Positions 52,403 to 64,000 of a stretch of DNA of 64,000 nucleotides are shown here, piece by piece. How positions within the stretch are numbered: the first letter of the stretch is position 1; each line of letters opens with the position of its first letter. The stretch is taken from assembly GCA_020633335.1 (NCBI GenBank), contig JACKDU010000002.1, forward strand, positions 186,730 through 250,729, given 5' to 3'. The notes below the pieces were generated by a model. It was not told the origin of the DNA. It saw nothing but the letters and a program-made list of their open reading frames with translations, and searched no databases. This DNA is from Myxococcales bacterium. Its GTDB lineage: Bacteria > Myxococcota_A > Polyangia > Nannocystales > Nannocystaceae. The position numbers were made by a program, and so were the translations under genes.

Positions 52403-52993
52403 GTGCTCCCCCTCGTCCTCGCCTCGGCCTCCCCCCGCCGCGCCGATCTCCTCCGCGCCGCCGGCCTCGATCCGACGATCGCCCCGGTCGAGTGCGACGA
52501 GCGCTGGCGCGCCGGCGAGGCGCCCGTCGCCTACGCCCGCCGGATCGCCCGCGCGAAGGCCGAGCTCGCGCACGCCGCGACCCCGCCCGGGCACGTGATC
52601 CTCGCCGCCGACACGACCGTGTGGATCCGCGAGGACGAGGCCCCCCTCGGCAAGCCGGTCGACGCCGACGACGCCGCCGCGACCCTCCAGCGCCTCACGC
52701 TCGCCCGCGTCCACCGGGTCACGACCGCCTTCACGATCGTCGACACCCGCGGCCCCAGCCCGCGCTGGGAGCACGGCGAGACGACCACCGAGGTCGAATT
52801 CCGGGCGCTCTCGCCGGCGGCGATCGCCGCCTACGTGGCCACCGACGAGTGGCGGGGCAAGGCCGGCGGCTACGCGATCCAGGGCCACGCCGCCGCCCTC
52901 GTCCGCGGGATCGTCGGCTCCTACACCGGGGTCGTCGGCCTCCCGCTCGCCGAGGTGATCGAGCGCCTCGAGGCCCTGGACGCGCCCCGCTGA
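52403..52993 (+). CDS. maf: Maf-like nucleoside triphosphate pyrophosphatase
   Basis: LVLASASPRRADLL, ILAADTTV and GKAGGYAIQG are Maf family motifs; GTG start at 52403. Confidence 0.8.
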   Translation: MLPLVLASASPRRADLLRAAGLDPTIAPVECDERWRAGEAPVAYARRIARAKAELAHAATPPGHVILAADTTVWIREDEAPLGKPVDADDAAATLQRLTLARVHRVTTAFTIVDTRGPSPRWEHGETTTEVEFRALSPAAIAAYVATDEWRGKAGGYAIQGHAAALVRGIVGSYTGVVGLPLAEVIERLEALDAPR

Positions 52994-53092
52994 GCCTGCG
53001 CGTGCACGCGCGCCCCCGCGCCCCCGCGCGTCCGCCCCTGAGGTCGCGTCCGCCCTGGGATGGAGTGATGTACTAATGTCGCGGACGCGCCG

Positions 53093-53782
53093 ATGAGCAC
53101 CGCGATCGCCGACAACCTCGCCCGGATCCGCGATCGGATCGCCGCCGCCGTCGCCCGCCGCGGCCCCGGCCCCCTCCCCACCCTGATCGGCGTGAGCAAG
53201 CGCCAGCCGATCGCCGCCCTCGAGGCGGCCCTCGCCGCCGGCCTCGCGGACTTCGGCGAGAACTACGCCCAGGAGCTCCGCGACAAGGTCGCCGCCCTCG
53301 GCCACGATCCGCCGCGCTGGCACTTCATCGGCGCCCTCCAGACCAACAAGATCAAGTACGTCGTCGGCAAGGCGCTGATCCACACCGTCGATCGACCGGC
53401 GCTGATCGACGCCCTCCAGGCCCGGGCCGCCCGCGACGGCGTCACCCAGGAGGTCCTGGTCGAGGTCAACCTCGGCGACGAGGCCCAGAAGGCCGGCGTC
53501 CGCGAGGCCGAGCTCCCGGCCCTCCTCGACCGCTTCGCCGACGCCCCCGCGCTCCGCTGCCGCGGGCTCATGGTGATCCCGCCGGTCGACGAGCCGAGCG
53601 AGACCCGGGCCTACTTCGCGCGCCTCCGCGAGCTCCGCGATCGCCTGGCCGCGGGCGGCCGCCCCGGCGTCGCCCTCGACCACCTCTCGATGGGCATGAG
53701 CGCCGACTTCGAGGAGGCGATCGAGGAGGGCGCGACCCTGGTGAGGGTCGGCACGGCGATCTTCGGCCCCCGCCCCGCCTGA
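53093..53782 (+). CDS. yggS: YggS-family pyridoxal-phosphate homeostasis protein (PLPBP)
   Basis: LIGVSKRQP (PLP lysine), HFIGALQTNK and LSMGMSADFEEAIEEG are YggS signatures. Confidence 0.85.
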   Translation: MSTAIADNLARIRDRIAAAVARRGPGPLPTLIGVSKRQPIAALEAALAAGLADFGENYAQELRDKVAALGHDPPRWHFIGALQTNKIKYVVGKALIHTVDRPALIDALQARAARDGVTQEVLVEVNLGDEAQKAGVREAELPALLDRFADAPALRCRGLMVIPPVDEPSETRAYFARLRELRDRLAAGGRPGVALDHLSMGMSADFEEAIEEGATLVRVGTAIFGPRPA

Positions 53783-53822
53783 CGCGTTGTCGGCGCGTGG
53801 CCGCGGTGATAAGAGCGAGGGG

Positions 53823-55106
53823 GTGAGCAAGCCCCGGCCGCTCCTCGAGCTCGCCTCGCCGCTCCCCGCCGACGAGGCGGTCACCCTCGAATTTGACGGC
53901 GCGCCGATCCCCGCCCGCGCGGGCGAGCCGGTGAGCGCCGCCCTCCTCCGGGCCGGCGTCCTCGCCACCACCCGCTCGCCGAAGTACCGGCGCCCGCGCG
54001 GGCCCTACTGCCTCCGCGGCGAGTGCGGCTCCTGCCAGGTGCGGATCGCCGGCCAGCCCAACCTCCGGGCGTGCACCGCGCTCGCCCGCGATCGCCTGGC
54101 GATCACCCCGCAGAACCGCTGGGGACCGCGCGGCCTCGATCCCACCGGGCTCATCGACCAGGTCTTCCGCGGCGGCATCGATCACCACCACCTGGTGGTC
54201 CGCCCGCGGATCGCCAACGCGGTGATGCAGAAGGTCGCGCGGACCATGACCGGCTTCGGCACATTGCCGGATCCGGCAACCAGCGCGGCGGCCGAGGCCC
54301 GGCAAGTCGTCCACACGCCGACCGTCCTGGTGGTCGGCGCCGGCGCGGCCGGCCGACGCGCAGCCCGGCACCTCGAGGCGGCCGGCGTCGACGTCCTCTG
54401 CGTCGATCGCCGCGACCGCGCGACCCTCGAGGTCGCCGCCCCCGGCCCCCTGCCGGCCGAGCTCCTGCGGGCCGGCGTCTTCGCGGCCTACCCCCACGAG
54501 GGCCTCTGGACGGCCGCCTCGGATCCCCTGGAGGCGCCGCTGGAGCTCCACACGATCCACCCACGGGCGGTCCTCCTGGCGACCGGCGCCCGCGATCCCC
54601 TCCTCCCCCTCGCCAACAACGACCTCCCCGGGGTCGTCTCGGCCCGCGGCCTCCACCTCCTCCTCACCCGCAGCGGCTCGCGGCCGGCGGTGCCGGTGGT
54701 CGTGATCGGCGAGGGCGATGAGGCGGCGATCCTCGGCGAGGCCCTCGGCGCGGCCGCGGTCGTCGGCCCCGAGGAGGTCGTCGAGATCCACGGCGGCGAC
54801 GCGGTCGACGGCGTCACCCTCAAGGGCGGCCGCCGGATCGCCTGCGGCCTCGTCGCCCTCGCGCCGATCCCCGCGCCGACCCACGAGCTCGCCGCCCAGG
54901 CCGGGATCACCCTCCGCTTCGACGGCCACGGCTTCGCGGCGACCTCGGACGAGCGCGGCCGCGCGATCGTCGATCCGGCGATGCCGCAGCCCTGGACCCT
55001 CTGGGTGGCCGGCGATCTCCGCGGCTACATGGGCCCGACCGCCGCCGCCGCCGACGGCGAGGCCGTCGCCGCCGCCCTCCTCGAGTCTCTGGAGGGCGCC
55101 CGATGA
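53823..55106 (+). CDS. oxidase alpha-like subunit: N-terminal 2Fe-2S domain plus FAD/NAD(P)-binding oxidoreductase domain (SoxA/OoxA/HcnB-like)
   Basis: CLRGECGSCQV Cys cluster; Rossmann motif VLVVGAGAAG; the start could instead be the upstream GTG at 53787. Confidence 0.65.
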   Translation: MSKPRPLLELASPLPADEAVTLEFDGAPIPARAGEPVSAALLRAGVLATTRSPKYRRPRGPYCLRGECGSCQVRIAGQPNLRACTALARDRLAITPQNRWGPRGLDPTGLIDQVFRGGIDHHHLVVRPRIANAVMQKVARTMTGFGTLPDPATSAAAEARQVVHTPTVLVVGAGAAGRRAARHLEAAGVDVLCVDRRDRATLEVAAPGPLPAELLRAGVFAAYPHEGLWTAASDPLEAPLELHTIHPRAVLLATGARDPLLPLANNDLPGVVSARGLHLLLTRSGSRPAVPVVVIGEGDEAAILGEALGAAAVVGPEEVVEIHGGDAVDGVTLKGGRRIACGLVALAPIPAPTHELAAQAGITLRFDGHGFAATSDERGRAIVDPAMPQPWTLWVAGDLRGYMGPTAAAADGEAVAAALLESLEGAR

Positions 55107-55420
55107 CCCGCCGCGTCTTCGTCTGCCGCTGCGAGGACGTGACCCTCGATGAGATCGACCACGCGATCGCCCGCGAGCTGACGACCATCGAGGAGATCAA
55201 GCGCTACACCGGCCTCGGCACCGGCCCCTGCCAGGGCCGCGAGTGCATGGTCCCGCTCGCCCGCCTCCTCTGTGAGCGCGGCCTCGCCGAGCCGGCGACC
55301 GTCCAGCCCTTCACCGCGAGGCCGCCGACCGAGCCAGTCACCTTCGCCGCCCTCGCCAGCGCCCAGCCGCCCTACACGGGCGCCGCCGACGACGACAAGG
55401 ACCCGGAGGCGGCGCGATGA
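55103..55420 (+). CDS. small (2Fe-2S)-binding BFD-like / HcnA-like subunit
   Basis: CRCEDVT...GTGPCQGREC Cys pattern; ATGA overlap on both sides. Confidence 0.65.
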   Translation: MTRRVFVCRCEDVTLDEIDHAIARELTTIEEIKRYTGLGTGPCQGRECMVPLARLLCERGLAEPATVQPFTARPPTEPVTFAALASAQPPYTGAADDDKDPEAAR

Positions 55421-56610
55421 GCACGAGCATGGGCTCGCCCCGCGCCCCGCTCCCCGAGCGCGTCGACATCGCGATCATCGGCGGCGGGATCATGGGCCTC
55501 GGCCTCGCCCACAACCTCGCCGCCCTCGGCCAACGATCGGTCGCGGTGATCGAGCGCTCCTACCTCGTCAGCGGCGCCTCCGGCCGCAACGGCGGCGGCC
55601 TCCGCATGCAGTGGGGCGACGCCGGCAACGTCGCCCTGATGATGGAGAGCATCGAGATCTGCCGCGGCCTCGCCCAGGAGCTCGGCATCAACCTCTGGTT
55701 CCGCCAGGGCGGCTACCTCTTCGTCGCCCGCTCGGAGGCCTCCGAGGCGCGCCTCCACCGCAACGCCGAGCTCCACCGCGAGGTCGGCGCGCCGACCCGC
55801 CTCCTCTCGCCGACCGAGGCCCAGGCGATCGTCCCCCACCTCGATCCCGGGCCGATCCGGGCGGCGACCTACAACCCCGAGGACGGGGTCGTCTTCCCCT
55901 GGCCCTTTGTCTGGGGCTACGCGGCCCGGGCGATCGACCGCGGTGTGGTCGTCCGCACCCACACCGAGATCGTCGACCTCCTCCCCGAGGCGCGCGGCTT
56001 CACGCTGGTCTGCGCGAGCGGCGAGCGGGTCAGCGCCGAGCGGGTGGTCAACGCGACCGGCGCGTGGAGCAACCAGATCAACCGACGCCTCGGGATCGAC
56101 TTCCCGAACCGCCCCCACCGCCACGAGATCCTCTCCTCGGAGCCCCTCCGGCCCTTCCTGGATCCGCTGGTGGTCGATCTCGACAGCGGCCTCTACTTCT
56201 CCCAGAGCACCCGCGGCGAGCTGGTCACCGGGATCTCGCTCCCCGACGTCGACGGCTACGACGACGACTCCCTCGCCCTCCACTCCTCGCTCCGCTTCCT
56301 CGCGGTCCTGGCCGCGCGGCTGACCGCGCTGATGCCGATCACGCGGTCGCTCAAGGTGCTCCGACAGTGGACCGGCCCCTACGACGTCTCACCGGACGGC
56401 GACGCGATCGTCGGGCCGACGCCGGGCCACCCAGATCTCATCCAGCTCTGTGGTTTCACCGGCCACGGCTTCATGATGGCGCCGGCCGCCACCCGCCTGG
56501 TCGCCCGCTGGCTGGTCCGCGGCGAGGCCCACCCGATGCTCCAGCGCTGGGATCCGGCGCGCTTCAAGGGCGCGCCGACCTCGCGTCGGGAGGACATGAT
56601 CATCGGCTAG
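55417..56610 (+). CDS. FAD-dependent oxidoreductase (DAO family; HcnC/SoxB/ThiO-like)
   Basis: IAIIGGGIMGLGLAHNLA dinucleotide-binding motif and C-terminal GHGFMMAPA typical of the DAO family. Confidence 0.8.
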   Translation: MSTSMGSPRAPLPERVDIAIIGGGIMGLGLAHNLAALGQRSVAVIERSYLVSGASGRNGGGLRMQWGDAGNVALMMESIEICRGLAQELGINLWFRQGGYLFVARSEASEARLHRNAELHREVGAPTRLLSPTEAQAIVPHLDPGPIRAATYNPEDGVVFPWPFVWGYAARAIDRGVVVRTHTEIVDLLPEARGFTLVCASGERVSAERVVNATGAWSNQINRRLGIDFPNRPHRHEILSSEPLRPFLDPLVVDLDSGLYFSQSTRGELVTGISLPDVDGYDDDSLALHSSLRFLAVLAARLTALMPITRSLKVLRQWTGPYDVSPDGDAIVGPTPGHPDLIQLCGFTGHGFMMAPAATRLVARWLVRGEAHPMLQRWDPARFKGAPTSRREDMIIG

Positions 56611-56757
56611 CGGGCTCCATCTCGCGCATCGGCCCGCGCCCGATCGCTCGCCGCGATCTTCCCCGAATGCAGGCCGACCCCCAGCACCGACGCTTGCGCC
56701 TCGATTTCCTGAGGGGCTATCATCGGCGAGCATGCAGCCCACCAAGGACAGTGCCCC

Positions 56758-57573
56758 GTGCAAGTAGTCTTTTGGGGCACGCGCGGCAGCATTCCGGTCT
56801 CCGGGCCGAAGTACGTCGAGTTCGGCGGCAACACGCCTTGCCTCCAGATCAAGCTGGCGAGCACGACCGACACGATGATCATCGACTCCGGGTCGGGGAT
56901 CCGTGAGCTCGGCCTCCAGCTGGTGCGGACCGCCGATCTCCACTCGCGCTCGATCCACCTCTTCCTGACCCACGCCCACTGGGATCACATCCAGGGCTTC
57001 CCCTTCTTCGTCCCCGCGTACGTGCCGACCTTCAAGCTCGACATCTACTGCACGAAGGACGCGAAGGCGATCCTCGAGAACCAGATGCGGACGCCCTTCT
57101 TCCCGGTCGGGCTCGACGCGATGTTCGCCAAGCGGGGCTTCCATCAGCTCACCTCCGACGCGCCGGTGACGATCGGCGAGGCCCAGGTCCGCAACATCCC
57201 GCTGCCGCACCCGCAGGAGTCGACCGCCTTCCGGATCGACGAGGGCGGCCGCTCGGTGGTCTTCGCCACCGACACCGAGCACGCGCCGGACCACCTCAAC
57301 GAGAGCCTGGCGAAGCTGGCCGAAGGGGCAGACATCCTGATCTACGACGCGCAGTACACCAGCGAGGAGTACCGCGCGGGCAAGCAGGGCTGGGGCCACT
57401 CGACGTACATGGAGGCGATCAAGCTCGCCCGCGCCGCCGGCGTCGGCCGCCTGGTCCTCTACAGCCACGACCCCGGCCACGACGACGAGATGCTCAAGGC
57501 GATCGAGTCGGCGGCCCAGCGCGAGCTGCCGGCGACGATCGCCGCGCGCGACGGCATGGTCCTCGACGTCTAG
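56758..57573 (+). CDS. MBL-fold metallo-hydrolase
   Basis: LTHAHWDHIQG (HxHxDH) and later His/Asp ligands; GTG start. Confidence 0.75.
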   Translation: MQVVFWGTRGSIPVSGPKYVEFGGNTPCLQIKLASTTDTMIIDSGSGIRELGLQLVRTADLHSRSIHLFLTHAHWDHIQGFPFFVPAYVPTFKLDIYCTKDAKAILENQMRTPFFPVGLDAMFAKRGFHQLTSDAPVTIGEAQVRNIPLPHPQESTAFRIDEGGRSVVFATDTEHAPDHLNESLAKLAEGADILIYDAQYTSEEYRAGKQGWGHSTYMEAIKLARAAGVGRLVLYSHDPGHDDEMLKAIESAAQRELPATIAARDGMVLDV

Positions 57574-58925
57574 AAGGTCGTCTGGCGCGTCGCGGCGCCC
57601 TCCTTGAGCGACCCTGCGGCCTGGGCGACGCGCCGCCCGCGGAGCCGCTCGCCGTCGATCGCCACGACCTCGACCTCGACGCGCCGACCGAGGAGCGCGT
57701 CGTCCCCCTCGAAGAGCACCTTGAGGTAGTTGTCCGAGAGGCCGACGAGCGCCCCGCTCCGGCGATCGCGGGCGCGGTGGACCACCGCCGACACCCGCGC
57801 GCCGACCTGCGACGCGCTGAAGGCGGCCCACTTCCGCCGCGAGAGCGCCCGCAGGTGGGCCGAGCGCGCCGACCGGAGTGAGGCGGGCACCTGATCGGGC
57901 ATCGTCGCCGCCTCGGTCCCGTCGCGCGGCGAGTAGGCGAAGACGTGGGCGTAGGCGATCGGCAGCGCCTCGAGGGTCGCCGCCGTCCGCTCGAAGGCCG
58001 CGTCGTCCTCACCCGGGAAGCCGACGATCAGATCGGTGCCGATCGCCACCCCGGGGATCCGCGCGTGGGCCTCCCGCACGCTCGCCTCGAGATCCTCCGC
58101 CCGATGGGCCCGCCGCATCCGCCGGAGCACCGACGGATCGCCGCTCTGCGCCGGCAGGTGGAGGTGCCGCGCGAGGCGGGGCGCGTGGGCCTCGAGGAGC
58201 CCGAGGAGCGCCGGCGTGAGCTCGTGGGGATCGAGGGAGCCGAGGCGGAGGCGGGTCCCCTCGGCCCGCTCGACGAGCGCCCCGGCGAGCTCGGCGAGGC
58301 TCGCCCGCGGCGCGAGGTCCCAGCCGTAGGTCCCGAGGTGGACCCCGGTGAGCACCACCTCCGGGATCCCGGCGGCCGCGAGCTCGTCGAAGCGCTCGAC
58401 GAGCGCGGCGATCGGCAGGCTGGTGCTCCGCCCGCGCACGCTCGGGACCACACAGAAGGCGCAGCGGTAGTTGCAGCCGTCCTGGATCTTGAGGAGCGCC
58501 CGGGCCCGCCCCGGGGTGGTGTCCGGGCGCAGGCGCGTGACGCGGCGGCGGCGGGCGAGGTCGGCGACGACGACGTCGACGCGCCCCTCACGGGCGGCCT
58601 CCAGGTGACCGAGCCAGCCCTCCTTCTCGCCGTTGCCGATCACCAGCGCGACCCCCGGGAGCTCGCCGAGGCGCTCGGGCGCCGCGTTCGCGTAGCAGCC
58701 GGTGGCGACGATCCGCGCCGCCGGCCAGCGGCGGGCGATCTGCCGGATCCGCTGGCGCGCGTCGGCGTCGGCCTCGTGGGTGATCGTGCAGGTGTTGACG
58801 ACGACCACGTCGGCCCCGGCGTCGACGTCGACGATCGTATGACCTGTCTCTCGGGCCATACGGACCATCGCGTCGCTCTCGGCGCGATTGAGCCGGCAGC
58901 CCAGGGTTGTGAAGGCGACCCGCAC
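57570..58925 (-). CDS. mtaB: tRNA (N6-threonylcarbamoyladenosine) methylthiotransferase MtaB-like radical SAM enzyme
   Basis: N-terminal MTTase Cys (TLGCRLN, NTCT, GCYA), radical SAM CNYRCAFC, TRAM-like C-terminus. Confidence 0.8.
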   Translation of the reverse strand: MRVAFTTLGCRLNRAESDAMVRMARETGHTIVDVDAGADVVVVNTCTITHEADADARQRIRQIARRWPAARIVATGCYANAAPERLGELPGVALVIGNGEKEGWLGHLEAAREGRVDVVVADLARRRRVTRLRPDTTPGRARALLKIQDGCNYRCAFCVVPSVRGRSTSLPIAALVERFDELAAAGIPEVVLTGVHLGTYGWDLAPRASLAELAGALVERAEGTRLRLGSLDPHELTPALLGLLEAHAPRLARHLHLPAQSGDPSVLRRMRRAHRAEDLEASVREAHARIPGVAIGTDLIVGFPGEDDAAFERTAATLEALPIAYAHVFAYSPRDGTEAATMPDQVPASLRSARSAHLRALSRRKWAAFSASQVGARVSAVVHRARDRRSGALVGLSDNYLKVLFEGDDALLGRRVEVEVVAIDGERLRGRRVAQAAGSLKEGAATRQTTF

Positions 58926-58936
58926 GGCGGCGCTGG

Positions 58937-61651
<2,715 letters not shown>

Positions 61652-61677
61652 GGTCGAGAAAACCGGAAAAGCAAGTC

Positions 61678-62298
61678 TCAATCCCCCGAGCGCGCCCCTC
61701 GCCCTCGCCGCGGCCCCCTGCGGGCCGAACGCGCCCCGCGTTCGTGGAGCGTATGCAGGGTCGCGGGCGGAGCGACCCGCCACTCCCCTGGCGCGAGGCC
61801 GTCCAAGCTCCAGGGTCCGACGGCGCGGCGGATCAGCCGCAGGGTCGGGTGGCCGATCGCGGCCGTCATCCGGCGGACCTGGCGGTTGCGCCCCTCGACG
61901 AGCACGATCTCGATCCAGGCCGTCGGAATCGCCGCGCGGAAGCGGATGGGTGGGACCCGCGCCCACACATCGGGAGGCTCGATTCGGCGCGCCTGGGCGG
62001 GCGCCGTCGGGCCGTCGCGCAAGACCAGCCCGCCCCGCAGGCGATCGAGCGCGGCCTCGTCGGGCTCGCCCTCGACCTGCGCCCAGTAGGTCTTCGCCAG
62101 CTTGTGCCGCGGGTCGGCGATCCGGTGCTGGAGGGCGCCGTCATCGGTGAGCACGACCAGCCCCTCGCTGTCGAAGTCGAGGCGCCCGGCGGGGTAGACC
62201 CCGGGGCGATCGACGAAGTCCGCGAGGGTCGCCCGCCCCGCCGGATCGGTGAAGCGGGTGAGCACCTGAAAGGGCTTGTTGAGCAGGAGGACGATCAT
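61678..62298 (-). CDS. rluE: rRNA pseudouridine synthase, RluE/RsuA family
   Basis: [33 protein letters not shown] (catalytic Asp) and KTYWAQVEG are RsuA/RluE blocks; ATG at 62298. Confidence 0.75.
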   Translation of the reverse strand: MIVLLLNKPFQVLTRFTDPAGRATLADFVDRPGVYPAGRLDFDSEGLVVLTDDGALQHRIADPRHKLAKTYWAQVEGEPDEAALDRLRGGLVLRDGPTAPAQARRIEPPDVWARVPPIRFRAAIPTAWIEIVLVEGRNRQVRRMTAAIGHPTLRLIRRAVGPWSLDGLAPGEWRVAPPATLHTLHERGARSARRGPRRGRGARSGD

Positions 62299-62446
62299 CG
62301 CCGGGCGTTTGCGCCCGGGGCCATCATGACCGAGGGAGAGGCCAGCAAAAAGCCGCTTCGGTGGTCTGCGCCACCTTGTCGCCTGGACGCTCGGCCGACA
62401 TGGCAGTATGGACAGCGACGAGCCCGCCCGACGGGCAGGAGGCCGA

Positions 62447-64000
62447 GTGAGCAGCACCACCTATTCCGCCGATCTGAACGACATCCGCTTCGCGCTCTTC
62501 GACCAGCACCGGGTCCACGAGAAGATGGGGGCACTCGCCCCCTACGCTGAGCTCGATCGGGAGATCTACGAGGCGACCCTCGAGGAGGCCCGTCGGATCG
62601 CCGAGGAGGTGCTGGCGCCGATCAACCGGGTCGGCGATCGCCAGGGCTGCAAGCTCGACAGCGAGGGCAACGTCACCACGCCGACCGGCTACCCCGAGGC
62701 CTGGAAGGTGATGGCGGAGGGCGGCTGGATCGGCACCACCGCCCCGGTCGAGCACGGCGGCGGCGGCCTCCCCTTCGCGATCGCCACGTCGATCAGCGAG
62801 ATGTTCTGCGGCTCGAGCACCGCCTTCACGATGTACCCCGGCCTCACCGCCGGCGCCGCCCGGGTCATCCTGCGCTACGGCGACCCCGCCTACAACGAGC
62901 TCGTCGCCGGCAAGATGTTCCGCGGCGAGTGGGGCGGGACGATGTGCCTGACCGAGTCCGGCGCCGGCTCGTCGGTCGGCGACAACCGCTCGCGCGCGAC
63001 GCCCTCCGACGAGCCCGGGGTCTACCTCCTCGAGGGCGAGAAGATCTTCATCAGCGGCGGCGATCAGGATCTCACCGAGAACATCATCCACCTGGTCCTC
63101 GCGCGGACGCCGGACGCCGGCCCCGGGACCAAGGGCCTCAGCCTCTTCCTGGTCCCGAAGTTCGAGTTCGACGCCGAGGGCAAGCTCGGCGACCGCAACG
63201 GCGCCCACGTCCTCGGCATCGAGCACAAGATGGGGATCAACGGCTCGGCGACCTGCACCCTCGGCCTCGGCGCCCGCGCGCCCTGCAAGGGCTGGCTGAT
63301 CGGCGAGGAGCGCCAGGGCATCGAGCTGATGTTCCACATGATGAACGAGGCGCGGATCGGCGTCGCCGTCCAGGGGATGGGGATCGCCACCGCCGCCTAC
63401 AACTTCGCCCTCGCCTACGCCAAGGAGCGGATCCAGGGGACCGCGCTCCGCGACTTCAAGAACCCCGACGCGCAGCGGGTGGCGATCGTCCAGCACCCTG
63501 ACGTCCGGCGCATGCTGATGCTCCTCAAGGTCCACGCCGAGACCACCCGGGCGCTCTGCGCCCGCCTCGCGCTCTACGCCACCCTCGCCGAGCACAGCGA
63601 GGACGAGGGCGAGCGCCAGCGCCTCTCGGGCCGCGTCGATCTCCTGGTGCCGATCCTCAAGGGGATCTGCACCGACGTCGGCTACGAGATGGCGACGATG
63701 GCCGTCCAGGTCTACGGCGGCTACGGCTACACCGGCGAGTTCCCGGTCGAGCAGCTGGTCCGCGACGCCAAGATCATGTCGATCTACGAGGGCACCAACG
63801 GGATCCAGGCGCTCGATCTCCTCGGTCGCAAGATGCGGATCGGCTCGGGCGCCCTCTTCATCGACTGGATGCAGGAGACCGAGTCCGGGCTCCGGGCGGC
63901 CGCCAAGGCCGGCTTCATCCCGCAGTCGGCGGCGATCTCGAAGACCATCCAGACCCTGGCGGCGACGGCGATGCACCTCGCCAACCTCGGCCGCACCCGC
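62447..64000 (+). CDS. acyl-CoA dehydrogenase (long FadE-like type), 3' partial at the window end
   Basis: not in the ORF track because there is no stop in the window; translation gives [27 protein letters not shown] and [17 protein letters not shown], which are ACAD blocks; AGGAGG 8 nt upstream of GTG 62447. Confidence 0.8.
   Translation, partial: MSSTTYSADLNDIRFALFDQHRVHEKMGALAPYAELDREIYEATLEEARRIAEEVLAPINRVGDRQGCKLDSEGNVTTPTGYPEAWKVMAEGGWIGTTAPVEHGGGGLPFAIATSISEMFCGSSTAFTMYPGLTAGAARVILRYGDPAYNELVAGKMFRGEWGGTMCLTESGAGSSVGDNRSRATPSDEPGVYLLEGEKIFISGGDQDLTENIIHLVLARTPDAGPGTKGLSLFLVPKFEFDAEGKLGDRNGAHVLGIEHKMGINGSATCTLGLGARAPCKGWLIGEERQGIELMFHMMNEARIGVAVQGMGIATAAYNFALAYAKERIQGTALRDFKNPDAQRVAIVQHPDVRRMLMLLKVHAETTRALCARLALYATLAEHSEDEGERQRLSGRVDLLVPILKGICTDVGYEMATMAVQVYGGYGYTGEFPVEQLVRDAKIMSIYEGTNGIQALDLLGRKMRIGSGALFIDWMQETESGLRAAAKAGFIPQSAAISKTIQTLAATAMHLANLGRTR

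Noticed and set aside
62324-63976. 550-aa minus-strand ORF
   Set aside because: Antisense to the acyl-CoA dehydrogenase gene, whose plus-strand translation contains clear ACAD motifs.

Overview
This window is ~75% GC Myxococcota-type chromosomal DNA. The lineage call rests on three proteins ending in MYXO-CTERM sorting signals, Myxococcus cysteine-rich repeats, PEGA- and TPR-containing Ser/Thr kinases and lamin-tail-domain proteins. Because of the GC content, nearly every frame is open, and most listed ORFs are antisense or out-of-frame artefacts; I kept only ORFs with recognisable protein signatures, signal peptides or strong GC3 bias. Housekeeping genes: pspA, holB, tatD, rplC (displaced from the S10 operon), rlmE, typA, ygiQ, ruvA-ruvC-yebC, recD2, maf, yggS, mtaB, rluE-like, an amidase, a cytochrome P450 and a partial acyl-CoA dehydrogenase. 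Accessory content: three large Ser/Thr kinases, several secreted proteins and lipoproteins, and an HcnABC/opine-oxidase-like flavoprotein cluster. Best candidates for something new: (1) the divergent locus at 26-4589, where a degenerate CYTH gene is coupled to an EVE-domain reader with a histone-H1-like tail and followed by two tiny MYXO-CTERM proteins, facing a coupled dGTPase-like HD hydrolase, GlnD/GlnE-type nucleotidyltransferase and HAD phosphatase; (2) a ~22-bp ACATGT-N8-ACATGT palindromic motif recurring at three AT-rich intergenic islands, with degenerate copies at 42140 and 51351; (3) a nested 44-bp palindrome ending exactly at the start codon of a 65-aa disordered ORF; (4) a gene with ~50 tandem 15-bp units encoding a (REAAA)n single-alpha-helix, interrupted by two +1 frameshifts and ending in a TonB-C-like domain that is also present on a neighbouring kinase; (5) two paralogous secreted proteins coupled to a P450. 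No tRNA, rRNA, CRISPR array or mobile element was recognised.
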